This document shows, in pieces, positions 41,401 to 54,673 of a stretch of 64,000 nucleotides of DNA. Below the pieces are notes generated by a model, which did not search any database, was not told where the DNA came from, and saw only the letters and a list, made by a program, of their open reading frames with translations. The stretch is from Balanoglossus misakiensis (Eukaryota; Animalia; Hemichordata), in NCBI GenBank assembly GCA_040954595.2, contig CM082580.2, forward strand, positions 6,827,519 through 6,891,518, given 5' to 3'. The stretch's first letter is position 1, and the number at the start of each line of letters is the position of its first letter. A program made the position numbers and the translations under genes.

Positions 41401-44400
41401 TCGGTAAAGCGCCGACGCCCACGGGGCTGATTTTGGATCCCCGCACAAAAGCGGTCGTTCTGAACGGCAAGCCGGGCCATTTACAGTTCTACGCCATGCA
41501 CACCGACAAGCAACTCTACAATGTGAGTTCCCCGTCCATATTTCTTGTACGTGTAGTAGTATCATGTAGGTGTCATGGAAACCATCCAGATTTATAAAGC
41601 TGTGTAGGTGCTCATCAGCAGTGTTGTAATACAGTTGGTTCTCACGTGACCAATGTGACAGTTGTGTGATTTTCTTTTCTTTTTTTTTTTGCAGCTTGAC
41701 ATTGTTTGCCAGAATTACGTCTCTTCGGCAAATCTGGACAAACCCATCATACACACGGAAGTGGAAAATGCAGCGTTTGATTCCCACGGCGACTGGCTAG
41801 CAACGGTGGAGAGGAGGGACGACGGGGAGACGTCCATGGAGATGAGATTGAAATTCTGGCAGTGGGTTCAAGAAAAACAAAGGTATGATGGGGCTGTAGT
41901 GGGTTACACAAATAATTAAAATATCAGGAGTTACAGCTACCATCCGTGTTAGATCAGTCATGTTATCAGTAGTGAAGATAGGCCTATATATATAAGTGAT
42001 ATCCAGAACAATATGCATTTCAGAAATTTTATCTCTAGTGTCTCAAGTGATGAGTTTGGACTTCCCTGTTTTTGTTTGCACAGAAAGTGTTATGGTATGT
42101 ATTATATACAAACAAATGCATGGTGAAGAGCTGGGTGTGTATTTTCTTGTGACACTGACAGACACCTCCCTTTTCTACCCAGTTTTGTTCTCAACACCTG
42201 CGTGGAGCTGCCGCACCAAGCCAAGGTCACCGACCTCTGCATGAGGCCCTACAACAACCAGCTGGATTCCGCGCCCATGGCTGTGACTGCCAGTCGAGAC
42301 AACAAATTCAAGATTTGGACTCTGGTGGATGACACTGATATCTATCGTGAGTAGAAATTTTTCTGTGTGGAATGGTACCCATAGAGTAAATGTCCCCTGG
42401 GGATGTTGGAGGGTGGGGTGAGACTGTCCTAGACCCGTCGATGCTCATGGTATCGCCATGAGAGTATTTGTCACTGACATCACCAGAGACAAGTCATCAG
42501 ATCTGTTTAAGCACAAAGGAACCAGCATGCATCTCTGACTGATCTCAGAAATAACCTCATATCTGCTAATCTTGAAAAAAAAATCAGCTTGAAACTTTTC
42601 AGGCTTCTGAAAAACGAATATACAGTACTGAAGACATAAGTGAAGTCATGTCCAGAGTCTCTGCTGGCTAGACTACTTAACATGTGGGCATGTCATGTAA
42701 TGTGGATGGTCTGCAACAATGACAATGTGCAAAGGGGATGAGCTTTGGGTGCTTTAAAGTACACAATGAACCCTGATGCTTGTTTTGGTCATGCTCACGG
42801 TCAGTCTTGGTCCAACTTTATTTTTCTGGTGTGTGAATTTCACAGGCAAGAACGAATGTTGGAACTGTCAGTCGGTCGGCTTCTACCACGACCTACCGGC
42901 CGACAGGGCTGCCTTCTCCACGGACGGCTCGCTGCTGGCCGTGGCGTTCCAACAGTCCATAACACTCTGGGATCCAGACCTGAATGACTTGAAGACGGTG
43001 CTCTGTCAGCCTCCACTGAGTGGTAACAACGTCAGGTAAGGCGCTTGTATTGTGTTGTCAGTGTTCTCGTTACACGTTAAACAGAAAGGTCCTCTATTTG
43101 AGGCAGGCGATGGTAGTAAAACAACGCAAATGTTTTAATATGACTTTGTCATTCAATATTACATACATATGACATCCATGACTTCATAGAGAGCATTGAT
43201 GGGGAAAACACATTTAAAATCTTGCAGAATACAAATCGACCCTTCCACTTTTTGTTTTTAGGTGTCTTCACTTTGGTACTGGTACATCTTCCCAGTATCT
43301 GGTTGCTATGACAACTGAAACTCTGACAGTGTGGAATCTTCTGACATGTTCAGGTATGTAATCCAGTGCCAAGCTGAAAATGCAGTGTTGTGTCAGATAA
43401 ATCCTAGCTACATAAATTCTTTCACCCAACAATTTATTCTTATTTTTCTCCACCAATTCTCATTCCTGTGTTCTTTGTAGCCATAGATCATTGAAAGCTG
43501 TTTTTTTTGTGAATTTTTGGATGCACTCGAACTGATGAAATAATTTCATATAAATATCACACCTATTTCCTTTTTACTGTTTTTTTCACCGGTGTCTTCT
43601 AATTTCTTTCAGTGCACTGGATGGTGAACCAACATATTGTGTGCCTGGCGAAAGATCCGTCGACTGAGTTCTTTGCTGCCATTGCTGAGGAGTCTGAAGG
43701 TAAGAGGGAGACGTACAGACAGAGAATGAGACACACAGACACTGAAGCAGCTAGTCTGTAAACAGGGGGAAAAAAAGTGATATTCTTGATCTACACATGA
43801 GTTTAATCCCTTGGTCAATGAGTGTTGTCAGCTCCGAAACAACCAGTGAAATGAACATTTGTGTTGTGCAATGAATACTAATTTTTGGGTGGTGTCTCGT
43901 TTGCTTTTCATGGATGGTTATTTTGGCAGTGTTCATCTTCAAAGCAAGTGAACAGATACCGGCGTACACGTACAAGACGGGCAAGTCGTTCGTCACAGCG
44001 GCCATTTTCGTGCCTCATGTCAAGGAGCATCTCTGCAGCAGCGATGCCCTGCCGTGGCAACAGAAATCCCAGCTGTACCTGCTGGACGACAGGCAGCAGG
44101 TTTTGACGATCAGGAGTGAGGAAGAGTCGTTAGATTTGGAGAGGCAGAATTCGGCTAAATTGGTGAGTGCCATATACAGTATAAGGGAATGCCTGAACCA
44201 GAGACAGAGAGAAGTGAGAGAAAGAGATTGGTTTAATGTCAAACAATTCCATTGTGTCTAGACACCTCCAAAAGTATACAGTGAGTGGACCATGTGTACC
44301 AACAGATTTTTCACAAATGAAAAGTTAGTTTGTCTTTCAGTCAAAATTTTATCCTCTAAACTTTTTTGCTTTTTCCCCCTTCCACAGAGTGACATCCAAG

Positions 44401-45349
44401 GAAATCTGCCCCAGACGCCATTTTCTGTGCTGCTGGCGAAAAAAGAACAGGAGAAGGCAATGAAGACACTGGGGGCAGTCTTACATGGAACTCCAAGTGC
44501 AGCAGCAGTCCGAGAGGTCTGTTGAAGACGGTTTTGTCGTTGTTGTTGTTGTCATTATTATTATTAATTCTTAATTTAATTATTTTGTGTCTTTAAAACT
44601 GCATTACACTTCAACTCAGTGCTCTGTACATGTACAAAAACAAAATATCACAAATCATGAGCAACTGTCGCTTGACGGATGCAATCCTGGCCAGCTTTTA
44701 TCAACAGTGTACTCGCTAAACACTAATAAGTTGTTCCTGTTTTGAATGTCGCAGATGTTGGACACCCCAGCCCACGTGCTACCACCAGTCAGTTCTCTGT
44801 GCAGTTCATTCATGAAGACGTTGCTTGTGTCAAAGTCACTCAGGTAGGTGCAGATGTACTCTGTCCTTATATATACCACATAATTTGCATACATGTAAAA
44901 TGCTGAAAGTAGCTGTATGGGTTTGTGTTAGAAATCAAAGTGAGTCCAAATATAACCTATGCACTCAAATGAAGCATTTCTGATCAAATGGGAATGCAGT
45001 GCTCTTAAGCGCTATTTTTAAAAGACAAACATTCAGTTGCCGATTTGATTTGCGACTCGTAACAAGCAAAATAATTTACGTGGTCCCCTCTTCGTTTTTC
45101 TCCAGAAATGAATCAGAGGACGCCTCGGACGAGGACAGTAGTGATGACCAGGACACCGACTCTGACGACTCAGATATGGATGTTGATGAGGTACCAACAG
45201 AGCATGCTCCACAAACTGACCAATCACAGACAGCAGACACACAGGAGTTGACCTTGGTGACCCGAGATCCAGTTGATGTCAAGAGACTTTCGAAGGCATC
45301 GCACAGCCGATTCTCTTGGCTCAGAGGGTATTTTAACGAAGTGAAATAA
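38449..45349 (+). CDS. WDR75: WD repeat-containing protein 75 (UTP17/NAN1, SSU processome), multi-exon
   Basis: Exon 1 38449-38534 MATTTPYRVTMCGGADFTTERTIFSSDSR. Later exons encode SLDGTVKQWDYNDGILLK (39464-39529), FTCVACHPTEYCIATG (from 40485), KNFLPRLGAPI...SPD, GLILDPRTKAVVLNGKPGHLQFY, DWLATVERR...LKFW, FSTDGSLLAVAF, DTPAHVLPPVSSLCSSF and an acidic last exon ending at TAA 45349. Not every internal boundary was enumerated. Confidence 0.95.
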
Positions 45350-46135
45350 ATCCATATATTCATTATTCATTTATTCTCACTTTTTTGAAATGCTGTCTTA
45401 AGTCAGTTGGAAAGTACCACAAATGTTTTCACCAATATTGTATATGCTTTAGAAAGATATCATTTTATTATAAAGGTAATCTACAATTAGACTATAGGCT
45501 TTGAAATGAATTATATTTTTAAACAGCAAACTAAATGTACACAAGGGTACATTTGACACGCATACATGTACATGTATGGTCTTTGAAATTAGAGGTAGAA
45601 AACTAAATGATATTCAGTTTGAAATTTAAAAAAGGTTTTCATTAATACAAAATGATTGTGTATCCAGCACATTCAAATTAATCGCATATCACATTATCAA
45701 ATAAATTATGTATAAAAGTGATTTTATGTCGTAGCAATTCAGGGCAGCCACCCTGGGATTTACCAGAACAGCTATGGTGGGTTTGGAAATGCTAGTGTCT
45801 TTCTGTGTTACACTGAGTATGGCTATACTACCTGAAAACTACATCCAATGGAACCTGCCAATAACTTAACACTGATGGTTTCTGCTAGCTTGCCACACAA
45901 ATATTTATAAAAAAATCTAAGTACGTCAACGGTCATCTTTCACACATATGTTGAATGTGGCCATCTGGACAGTGACACGACACTTTGTCATACATATCGC
46001 TGTTGGTCCGTATTATGCATATGGTGTATGTACTGAATTTTGTGATGGAGGCCGTGTATTAATGACGTGAGTCCGTGTAACGCTGGGAACACGCAGATCT
46101 GTACGCAGCTCAGGGCTACACTGAAGTACAGCCCT

Positions 46136-49112
46136 TCACACGTTTGTGATCTCTGTCTCGGTGTTATCTGACCGAGTGTATCCGGTACCTCTGCCCCTCT
46201 TGCCGGCCAGTTTCTCAAAGTGACACAGGTGGCCGCGGGCCTTGTACGAGTACATGGAGTACATCGACCCTCCGAAGCACACGAAAACAAACGACAGCAA
46301 GATGAGAACTCCGAACGTCCGAGCCTGCGGCGCGATGATGACGAACATGAACTGCAGCATGTCCATCATGCCGTTGAGGGCGTTCTGCACACCGTTGACG
46401 ACCCCTCGCTGGGTCTCCAAGACGTGTTCCTGGATGAGCTGTGTCACGGTCAGATCGAACATCCACATTCCTGCAGTAGAAATGAAATGGGACTGTGTTA
46501 GTGTTTTATCACAAGCAAGCAGACTCCATCCTAAACTTGTGTTCTCATCAGCGTTTTCCATGATCAGGTTTTTCTGAAGAGCACGCAACTGTTATAAGCA
46601 TTTTTGTTGTAGTTCGCCTGGTAATAATAACCCGAAAATTTACTGTCTTAAAATGTATGGTCACCTGTGTAAATTTAGCCATGGAAACACTGAATACTGG
46701 TCGGAATTCCTCTTAATTCACCTTTTGAAAGGATAGTGGTATGAAAAATCAGATATACCTAGCTTTGCTGTGATCATTCCGATGAAGAACAGCGTGATGG
46801 ACGTGTAGGAATCCGGCGGATGAGGCAGTGGATCATAGGGTGCGTATGTGGTCATGGTGAAGTTGCCGCCGCCGCCGGTGGTGGTGAAGTTGAACCCCGG
46901 CGTGGTCGTCTGCATCAGCGTGGAATTTAATGAAGGGGGAGGATTATCGTTAGACGACAAGTCCAGAGGGCTCCCCGGCGCCCAGATTGAGAAGACGCAC
47001 AGCGACAGACAGGCGATGTCTGCCAGCAACGCCCACAGACCAGTCCTCTCCAGCCCTATCTTGCGCCGCACGACCGGAAAGACGAGGGTGCCGACGATTC
47101 CCAGGAGCGAGGCGACGGCCCGGAGGAGGCCGATAACCCACACCTTCACGCCCTGCGAGTAGGCGTACCCGATGGCCACGTAGTCGAAGCTCAGCAGATT
47201 CATGTAGAGCAGGGCCAACCCGATCCCCGCCAAGCACACCTTGTAGCTCATGTACACCTTCCAGCCCTTGCCGAAGTTGATGCAACAGCCGCACAGACTT
47301 TTCAGCGTCCTCAGCCGCTCCTCTCTCAATTCCTTCTCGTCTTTTATGTCCCTGAATCGCACCTCCTGCGCGGACAGGTTTCCTTCGCTGTCATGACGAC
47401 GCTGTTGTTGTTGTTGTTGTTGTTGTTGGCCCCTGCTCAGGTCCTCCCTGGAAACGTTGATTTCTGTGTCGCTGTTCTCGCTGTCGGACCCCAGGGAGAA
47501 CATCTTGTCGCCGGGAGTTTCGCCCTCGTCCGGTTGCTCCTCTTCAATTATACTAACGGTCGTCAAATGTTCTTCAGCACCTCCTTCGGATGATTCTAAT
47601 AGAGACAAAACCCACACGAATTTTTAGTGCACATCTTCCTAGTAATACATGTACATGTACAGTCAAACCTGTGTTAGTGACCACCTCTATATAGTGGCCA
47701 CTTTGTTACATTCCCTGTGCAATGTACATGTACATTGATTGGCCTGTCGCTAAAGACCACCTGTCTATAAAGGCCAGTTTAGGAAAGTCCCTCGACTGGC
47801 CACTATATAGACAAGGTACAGGTCCCTGTCGCTTCAATTGATCTCAAGAGGATTCTTGCTGATTTAACACTCAAAATAACCACTCTATATGGGCCGGAAC
47901 TTTCTGCTGTGGTGGCTTGGTTTGTTTGTTTGTTGTCGTCGTCGTCATCGTCGTCCAAGGTTCATTGAAGTTGAGACTAACTTACCAGAAAATGTTGTTC
48001 TCTTCTTTACGCTCAAAGCCGGGACTGTCGTGAATATCTTCCACATGAGGTAGTACTCTAGCAATCCGGCCAGAAGCGCCCATCCGGCGATGACCAACGT
48101 GCCGGCCAGCAGAGATCCGAATGTCATCACCCAGCCAATGAAAATGGGTGCGACAATTTCACTGACCAAGTCGATGCGGACCAGCATAGCGTTCAAACCT
48201 GTATGTTTTGAAAATGGGGTTAATGATATCGCATCAGCTATATCATGGGTTTAACTATCCAGTATGTAGGCCTAATGATAGTTTGCACGAGTACATTCAT
48301 TCTTCACCATGCGAGCCAAGGTCTGTACATGTCTTAGCAATTAGCAATTTGTCGCCCCAACTTATCCTAGCAACACTTACTTGCCAGTCTGGCTTTGTCT
48401 GTACCGGCCAGGACCACCACCCAGTCTTTCTGTATGGCGATCCTCTCCGCCTGTCCCGCCAGGTGTGTGCAGTCGCCCAGGATGATGATGGTCAGGATGA
48501 CGATGAAAAAGATCACTCCGTCCCAGACCAGCTTGACGTTGCCCTCCCAAAAGAGCAACATTGAGAGTAACGAGGCGCAGATGATCAGCGAAGAGTTTTG
48601 CAGCAGGAGGGATATTCGGATAACTATAGGAATGAGAGAAAGGAAATATGTCGTGTCATTTATTTTGTGGGAACCGCTTCATACTCAACGTAGCCTCTCT
48701 CTCTCTTTGTCTGTCTTTTTGTCTGTGTCGATATTGTTTCAGCGTCTACAAACAACCGACGAATCTAGACCTTTTTATATTATTTCGAGATTCAGTTTGA
48801 TTAACATGCGTTAAACTTAAAGCTGTTGCTTAGAGTTACCTTTAAGTCGCTGGTTCCTGTCGACCCATTCTCCGATGGCAGGGCCAAACAAAAGTGACGA
48901 AGCACATATCGTCAGACCGTAGATGGCGATCACTCGGAGAGATTCCATATCAATGGCAACCAAGTACATGCTTATGGCGAATGTCCACATGCGATATCCC
49001 TGTAAGGGTGTGTACATCACGATAATGTTTGCAATTTCCTTTTAATACAGTAATGATGGTGGTGGTGGTGCTGTTGTTGTTGTTGTTGTGGTGGTGGTGG
49101 TGGTGGTGGTGG

Positions 49113-49177
<65 letters not shown>

Positions 49178-50792
49178 ACGACGACAGAATTGGTTTAACT
49201 TGAACTTACCCATGTCGATAGTGCTTGGCAGCAATAAATAAGGAAAGCTGGACTTCTGAAATATATGCAACATCCTCGATCTGTAAGGAAAAAGATACGT
49301 GGTTTCTGTGTTTACTCCTTCGCATGTTTCGGACATTTTTGTTCATATAGTACGCACGTGGGAAACGGCACATAACACATCACATTTATTTGTATCTTGT
49401 CACGCACATATAAGTATACGTTAATGATTTCCCAAATTTCCCACTTTATATTGTAGTCTATTGGGTGTTGTACGTGAGTGGAGTTGAGTGCGAGAGTTCA
49501 TACACGATGTACCATTCCGTTCTATGCGCATGTAATTAAAAGTGGGAATGCAACATTTTCATTGTACATGTACTTTGCATTTTCCCATGGTGGCGACCAT
49601 ATTCCTCTGCGGCAAAGCTTTAATATTTTTCTGGTCAAAACTTGCATATGCGCTAATTTTGGGGTTTGTATATATAATTCACTGCATACAAATGTATGGT
49701 CTGATATTAATCATGATGAAATAAGTTTAAATAAAGATATCAAGCTAATACAATAACATTATTGTGGCGGGTAGGTTACACTGAGCTACATGTCTATGCT
49801 CATTTCTTTCTGTTGTGAACCAGTTTATCTCGTTTGTAGTGGGGTGGAGGACTGTTGTCCGATGAATGGAAAACGTGGCTCGATTCCCAAGCCTTAGACA
49901 ATGCCGGGATAATGAACACAGGCGTGTTACTACATGATGCACGCGCATATTGGGCGTTGTTGTGACAACGACCCCATCGCATTGCACATTCGAGGGGTGC
50001 AGTCCCTCCACTGTACTGTGGGTGTGGTAGAGGCACCATGTTTACAGTTGTTTTGGGGTCTTTGCTGTTCTCGCCTGCCGTTGTCGCCTCTGCGGTAACA
50101 GAGGGACAAGAACAGGCGAGGACAGGTCCATCTCAACAGCTGATCTTAATCAGATTGGCATTGACACTGATTCAAGTCAAGAGCTCAATAAAAGTGTCCA
50201 TATATACAGTAAAGCCAGCAATTGGCTCACAGCCATATCGCGTGACTGCAGAAGTTACGTTAATATGGTATGGAGGTATCTCTCAGTACCTCCATGGTTA
50301 ATATTGATCACCAAATTGGTCCCGCAGAAGAATTCCGATAACGAAAGGAAATTCCTGACCTCATAGATAATAGTTTTATTTATATTTCTTGCCACTGGGT
50401 TAGTGTAACGGCTGATCGAGCATAGACCCTCGGCTTCTTTTTAAAATGTTGCTTCTATTATAATGCACCAAGAACGAGGACAATACAAAGCAGTTTTAGA
50501 GTCAGCAATTCGGACACTGCTTACCTTTGAAGACAGCGGTCTTGGACTTATGTTGGAACTGCAGTTGCATGTTGTTCAAAAGAACCTCTGTGTCGGCGTG
50601 GCTCGTCGGGACCTCGCCGAGCGGCGTCGACTGCCGCAGATCCAAGTCCAGAACATCGTCGTCTTCGCTGTCGGAACCCAGGCCCCCGTCGCCGGCGTGG
50701 TAGTGGTCGTAATTGCTCGCCGACGTCGTCGTCGTCACGGCGGCGTTCCCGCCCAGTGCAATCGTAGAGAAGCCGTCATCGGCGCTGGCCAT
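46136..50792 (-). CDS. SLC40A1: Ferroportin-family (SLC40A1-like) MFS transporter, 7 coding exons, divergent metal-site residues
   Basis: Exons 50792-50525, 49280-49210 (YFRSPAFLIYCCQALSTW), 48999-48840 (GYRMWTFAIS...GEWVDRNQRLK), 48623-48381 (QNSS...IAIQKDWVVVLAG), 48198-47986 (NAMLVRIDLVSEIVAP...MTFGS), 47595-46759 (GWKVY...LLYMNLLSFD...GYAYSQG...LSLCVFSIWAPGSPLDL) and 46470-46136 (GMWMFDLTVTQLIQE...RGVVNGVQN). Intron phases are consistent. Confidence 0.92.
47660..47818. mobile_element. Degraded TA-flanked MITE (Tc1/mariner/pogo-type) in a ferroportin intron
   Basis: Starts TA|CAGTCAAACCTG. Internal repeats gaccacctctatatagtggcca and gaccacctgtctataaaggcca, with an inverted tggccactatatagac near the end; the right terminus is eroded. 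Confidence 0.5.
49053..49176. repeat. Compound (GGT)n/(GTT)n/(GAT)n microsatellite in ferroportin intron 2
   Basis: Directly visible tandem triplets. Confidence 0.95.
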
Positions 50793-52448
50793 TTTCTGGT
50801 CAAGGCCCGGTCACCCAAGTGAGGCGTACACACTGCAGACTGACCTTCCGTGCATGCGAATTACACCTAGGCGGAGATTACGCATACGAGACATGTACTG
50901 AGGGACACCTTGCTCGATTTGAGGTTCGGCCGGAGGGTGGTCATGAATCAGTGCAATCTCACATGGTTTAGAGTACATACAGTGCCAATTCCCACGAACG
51001 TGTATGTATATAGTGCTGTGAACTGTTAACTGACCCCACGCGCGATTCAACAGATAAAAATGATGTCGACTGGAGAAGCAGCAATTATAATGGCAACCTT
51101 CTTGGTGTATATTAACCACAAAGTCTACCTGAACAGTTTACCAACAGGTCACCTGACATGTCTTCTGGCATTGTTCACGAAGTGATCTTTGATCGCCATA
51201 ATTTTAACCTTTGACCGGTAGTAAAACATAATTAATCATACGCTGGGTGCGGTTTACATCCTTCGTTACTTGTCAAGTCTCATGATTTTTTTTCTGAAGT
51301 ATTTCTGTTCTGTGTATCTTCGTATATATGCGTGAAAGACAGATAAAATATCTCAGCTTACTAGTATCAGCAAAGCCAGAGCAAAGTGCAGGTCACGATT
51401 TCACAGAAATGAAACTTTCTCAGCAGTATTAGTGGCGGGTAGGCGCTGGTCTCCGAATGTCCACTTCTGATATTTTATATGGAACCCCCCCCCCCGGCAC
51501 ACCGCGACCAGAAGAAGAACCACCTGTTGCACCCTGTTGTTACAGCGCCACTACCGGCGACAGAGTTCTTACCATTCATAGTGGTGCTTGTTGGCCAATC
51601 ATTAGCGAAGACGGTCATAATCCGTGGTTTTAAAGAATAATGTTTATTTTTTACAATTTCAAGATCACCGAAATTCAACATTTAAACAGAAGAATAGATT
51701 CACACACAATTCAGCGTTGTTGGAATACTCTACGACTTTATTCATTTAATGTAATGAAATGACATCATGAAAACAGTATTCAAGTCGAGGTGTCAATGTC
51801 AAGTTAAAGCACTCCACCAGAAGGGGGACTATCTAAAATCACCGGCATTGGCAAAACTAAGAAAATTACAGCTGCGAATCCAAGGAGTAATCTCTTCGCG
51901 CCGGCAAAGTATCGGCTTTGTTTAGCAAACTGTTGATCACTCCTCAGAATTATAATTTTAAGCTATTCTATTATTATTTGAAATAATCAAATTTTAAATA
52001 ATGTACTTACTAAACTTAACATACTCTTCGCTGGGTTGGGATAAGCATTTTGGCATAATGTTTCAGTGGTGTTGAACTCACTATGTACAAGCTGTGGATT
52101 TTTTATGATAACAAAAATTAAAGTGGCATATGTGTATTTAAGAACCTAGTGGCAGTGTGAAAGCGTTTGATCAAACCTCACTAACAGTTCTTACGATAAA
52201 ATAGATGATATCACTATGATTTGCAGCGCTGTGCCAATCTCTTAGTAAATAGAAACACTTGGAGAAACAGGCATATTCTATTTTGTAAAACATATATATC
52301 TGATAATGATATCCAGTAAATTAAGATATTTAAATTCGGGTGTTGCACCTAGTCTATTCGGAGATTCTATCGTGTGTGTTTTCTTTTTTTAAATGACGTA
52401 GTTTAGCCTTTGATTTTGTAGTTCGGGGTCGATCACGAAATATTGAAT

Positions 52449-53537
52449 CTAATCTTCACATTCTAACAAATTTGCAATGGGTTTTATGGGTTGCACCCAC
52501 TTGGCCTCCCGTGCACCCATGTGTTCGGGTCGTCGATCCCAGGGGGCTCCGAACGGCTTAACCAGCTTGTTGTTCACGCTGTTGTAGACCATAAAGATGT
52601 TGGTGCGGTCAAGAGTAGAAAGATTGTTCTGGTTGGCGTGAACTAAGTTCAGATCAAACATAATAATGGAGCCAGCCCGCCCCGTGCAGTATTCGATGCC
52701 GTGTTTTTCAACCAGATCAGCGAGAACGGCTTCGTCGGGGACTCCGTAGTGAATCTTGAATTTCGAATTCGTCTCCAGGCTGTCCGTCGACGTCGTGTCG
52801 GCGGTCGGGATGAACACCTTGTGGGATTCCGGCACCACCAACAGGCTGCCCTGTTGCGGAGTGTTGATTCCAAGCATTACAACGATGGTCAACCCCCGCA
52901 ATCGTGCCAACCCGTCTTCGGCGTGGAAGATTTCAAAGTCGGTGTGCCAGTAATGGCCGTTTCCGACCAACGCTTGGTGAAAATTGATCCGACTCTGGTG
53001 AATGTAGACCTCGTCGGCGACGATCTGTCGTGCTCGGGAAACCAGCTTGTCACTTCTGCTCAGTCGCTGCACGGTTCGATGATGCATATGCGGAGCGAAG
53101 ATGCCGCGCAATTTCTTAGTGGACGGTTCGGTGAGATACAGGTTTTCGCTTGTGAGAGTCGGGTCATCATCGTCCCCGATGCCACTTTCGATTTTGTCCT
53201 TGAGTTGAAAGACTTCGTCTTGTACGGGTTTCAGTTCTTCGGGTGTGAAGACGTCGTCGATCACCAAGTAACCTCTATGGCGGTAGTGATTGAGCTGCTC
53301 GGTTGTCAAGGGTCCGGTCGGCGATAAGCCCTCGCGGGTCCATACCACGGGGTCCGGGCGTGGTAGAACCTCACAGCTGCCAGACCGGGTCGGGTAGAGA
53401 TCTTCCACCTCGGTCGCTAGTGGGCTCGCCCTCCCATGGGCCTGGAACTTGACATTTCCGCTGCAAATGTAACGGGTCTGTACTAGGGAACGCTTGAGAG
53501 CAGTTGTGCGAGTGCAAGCTCTGATGAAAAGTGACAT
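52449..53537 (-). CDS. ectD: Ectoine hydroxylase (EctD/ThpD)-like Fe(II)/2-oxoglutarate dioxygenase (PhyH fold), copy A, 362 aa, single coding exon
   Basis: DLYPTR...PRPDPVVW, VYIHQSRINF, HYWHTDFEIFHAEDGL (cf. EctD signature FxWHSDFETWHxEDG[ML]P), GSLLVVPESHK, FDLNLVH, R-TNIFMVYNSVNNKLVKPF..RRPEH. A TTTTCCAG acceptor lies ~22 nt before the ATG. The symbol is a family label; ectoine activity is not shown. Confidence 0.88.
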   Translation of the reverse strand: MSLFIRACTRTTALKRSLVQTRYICSGNVKFQAHGRASPLATEVEDLYPTRSGSCEVLPRPDPVVWTREGLSPTGPLTTEQLNHYRHRGYLVIDDVFTPEELKPVQDEVFQLKDKIESGIGDDDDPTLTSENLYLTEPSTKKLRGIFAPHMHHRTVQRLSRSDKLVSRARQIVADEVYIHQSRINFHQALVGNGHYWHTDFEIFHAEDGLARLRGLTIVVMLGINTPQQGSLLVVPESHKVFIPTADTTSTDSLETNSKFKIHYGVPDEAVLADLVEKHGIEYCTGRAGSIIMFDLNLVHANQNNLSTLDRTNIFMVYNSVNNKLVKPFGAPWDRRPEHMGAREAKWVQPIKPIANLLECED

Positions 53538-54673
53538 CTTGGTTTTCAAAAATGGGATCCTGGAAAAAATAATAGGAATGGGAATTCTTTTTTTAGAGGT
53601 GATGAGCTGAATATGGAGGAACAATAATCCCCGACTAGTTTTTAAACACATATACATACACCGTACAGCAAACATGCCCACGACGTCCCGACTCAATCAT
53701 ATTCCAGCCCCAAAAGCAACCATATGTTGTGTATCAAATTGCTAGTGGTACCCATTCGTTGAAAAATCATTTAGAAGGAATACAGGCTGCCCTATGACGA
53801 AATCGTTATCGTCCAATGATGATGTTATTTGACCCCACCCCAAATTACCGGGTAGTAAAAAGAGGGGCGGGTGGTTGGTTAAAGTATTATACATCAAAAC
53901 TTTCGTTTTGGTGGCAATATTGCTTCTCAGTAATACGCATTAACATTCCGTGACGTGGCAACACCTTACGTTGTCCCTTTAAAAATGAAATCCGGCGTAG
54001 CTGATTTCTACATAATTTGGTAGCTTTGAGGTCACTCTTCCAGAAAAAAAAACATGTTCGCCATGTGTAAGTCACGGACACCGGGTTCTTGAAAAAGCTA
54101 TTATTACCTACCAAGAATAGATTCGAAATGTTGGTGAACCCGCTACTATATACCGGTACGATGAGTGTCAAAAGCATCCATTGTATTTTCAGTGTGTCCC
54201 AATTAATTCACTTTCGAACAAGTGTTCTGAAAACAAAACCCACGTTCCCGCATAGGCCTATTGCCTGACAACAATGCACGACCCAGATCCACGTTCTATC
54301 ATGATGCAAGTTGGAGCTTGAATGGAGGCGTATTGTGGCGCGGCCAAACAGCCTGTGACAAAAGTCGTTTCCAGGGTCGGCGCGGCGGCACATGTGAATT
54401 CGGCTCTTCCATTTTCAACTCACTGAGTTTTTTCCCCCTAAATGTCCTTCCCTCCCCTTGAAATGCCACGACGACTCATGAAAGCCAAATCTTTCCCTGT
54501 ACTGTCCACGGTCCCCGACTCTGTCGCCTGGCATGTATATTTGATTTATTGTGTTGTACATGCCAGTGTGAATCTGTTGCACCGAGCATTTCATTGGCTG
54601 GGCGTAGTGACAGCGAACCGAGTTAGAAGTCATGTAACTTTGCAAGGTATGTCCCCCCCCCCACCCCACCCCT

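Noticed and set aside
50815-50850. Possible iron-responsive element (CAGUGU on the minus strand) in the ferroportin 5' region
   Set aside because: The flanks GUCUG and GUACG do not pair into a 5-bp upper stem, and there is no bulged C at the required position.
53538-53696. 53-codon in-frame upstream extension of EctD copy A in the ORF track
   Set aside because: It starts at TTG, crosses a splice acceptor, and most of it is absent from copy B; the shared ATG at 53537 is the better start.
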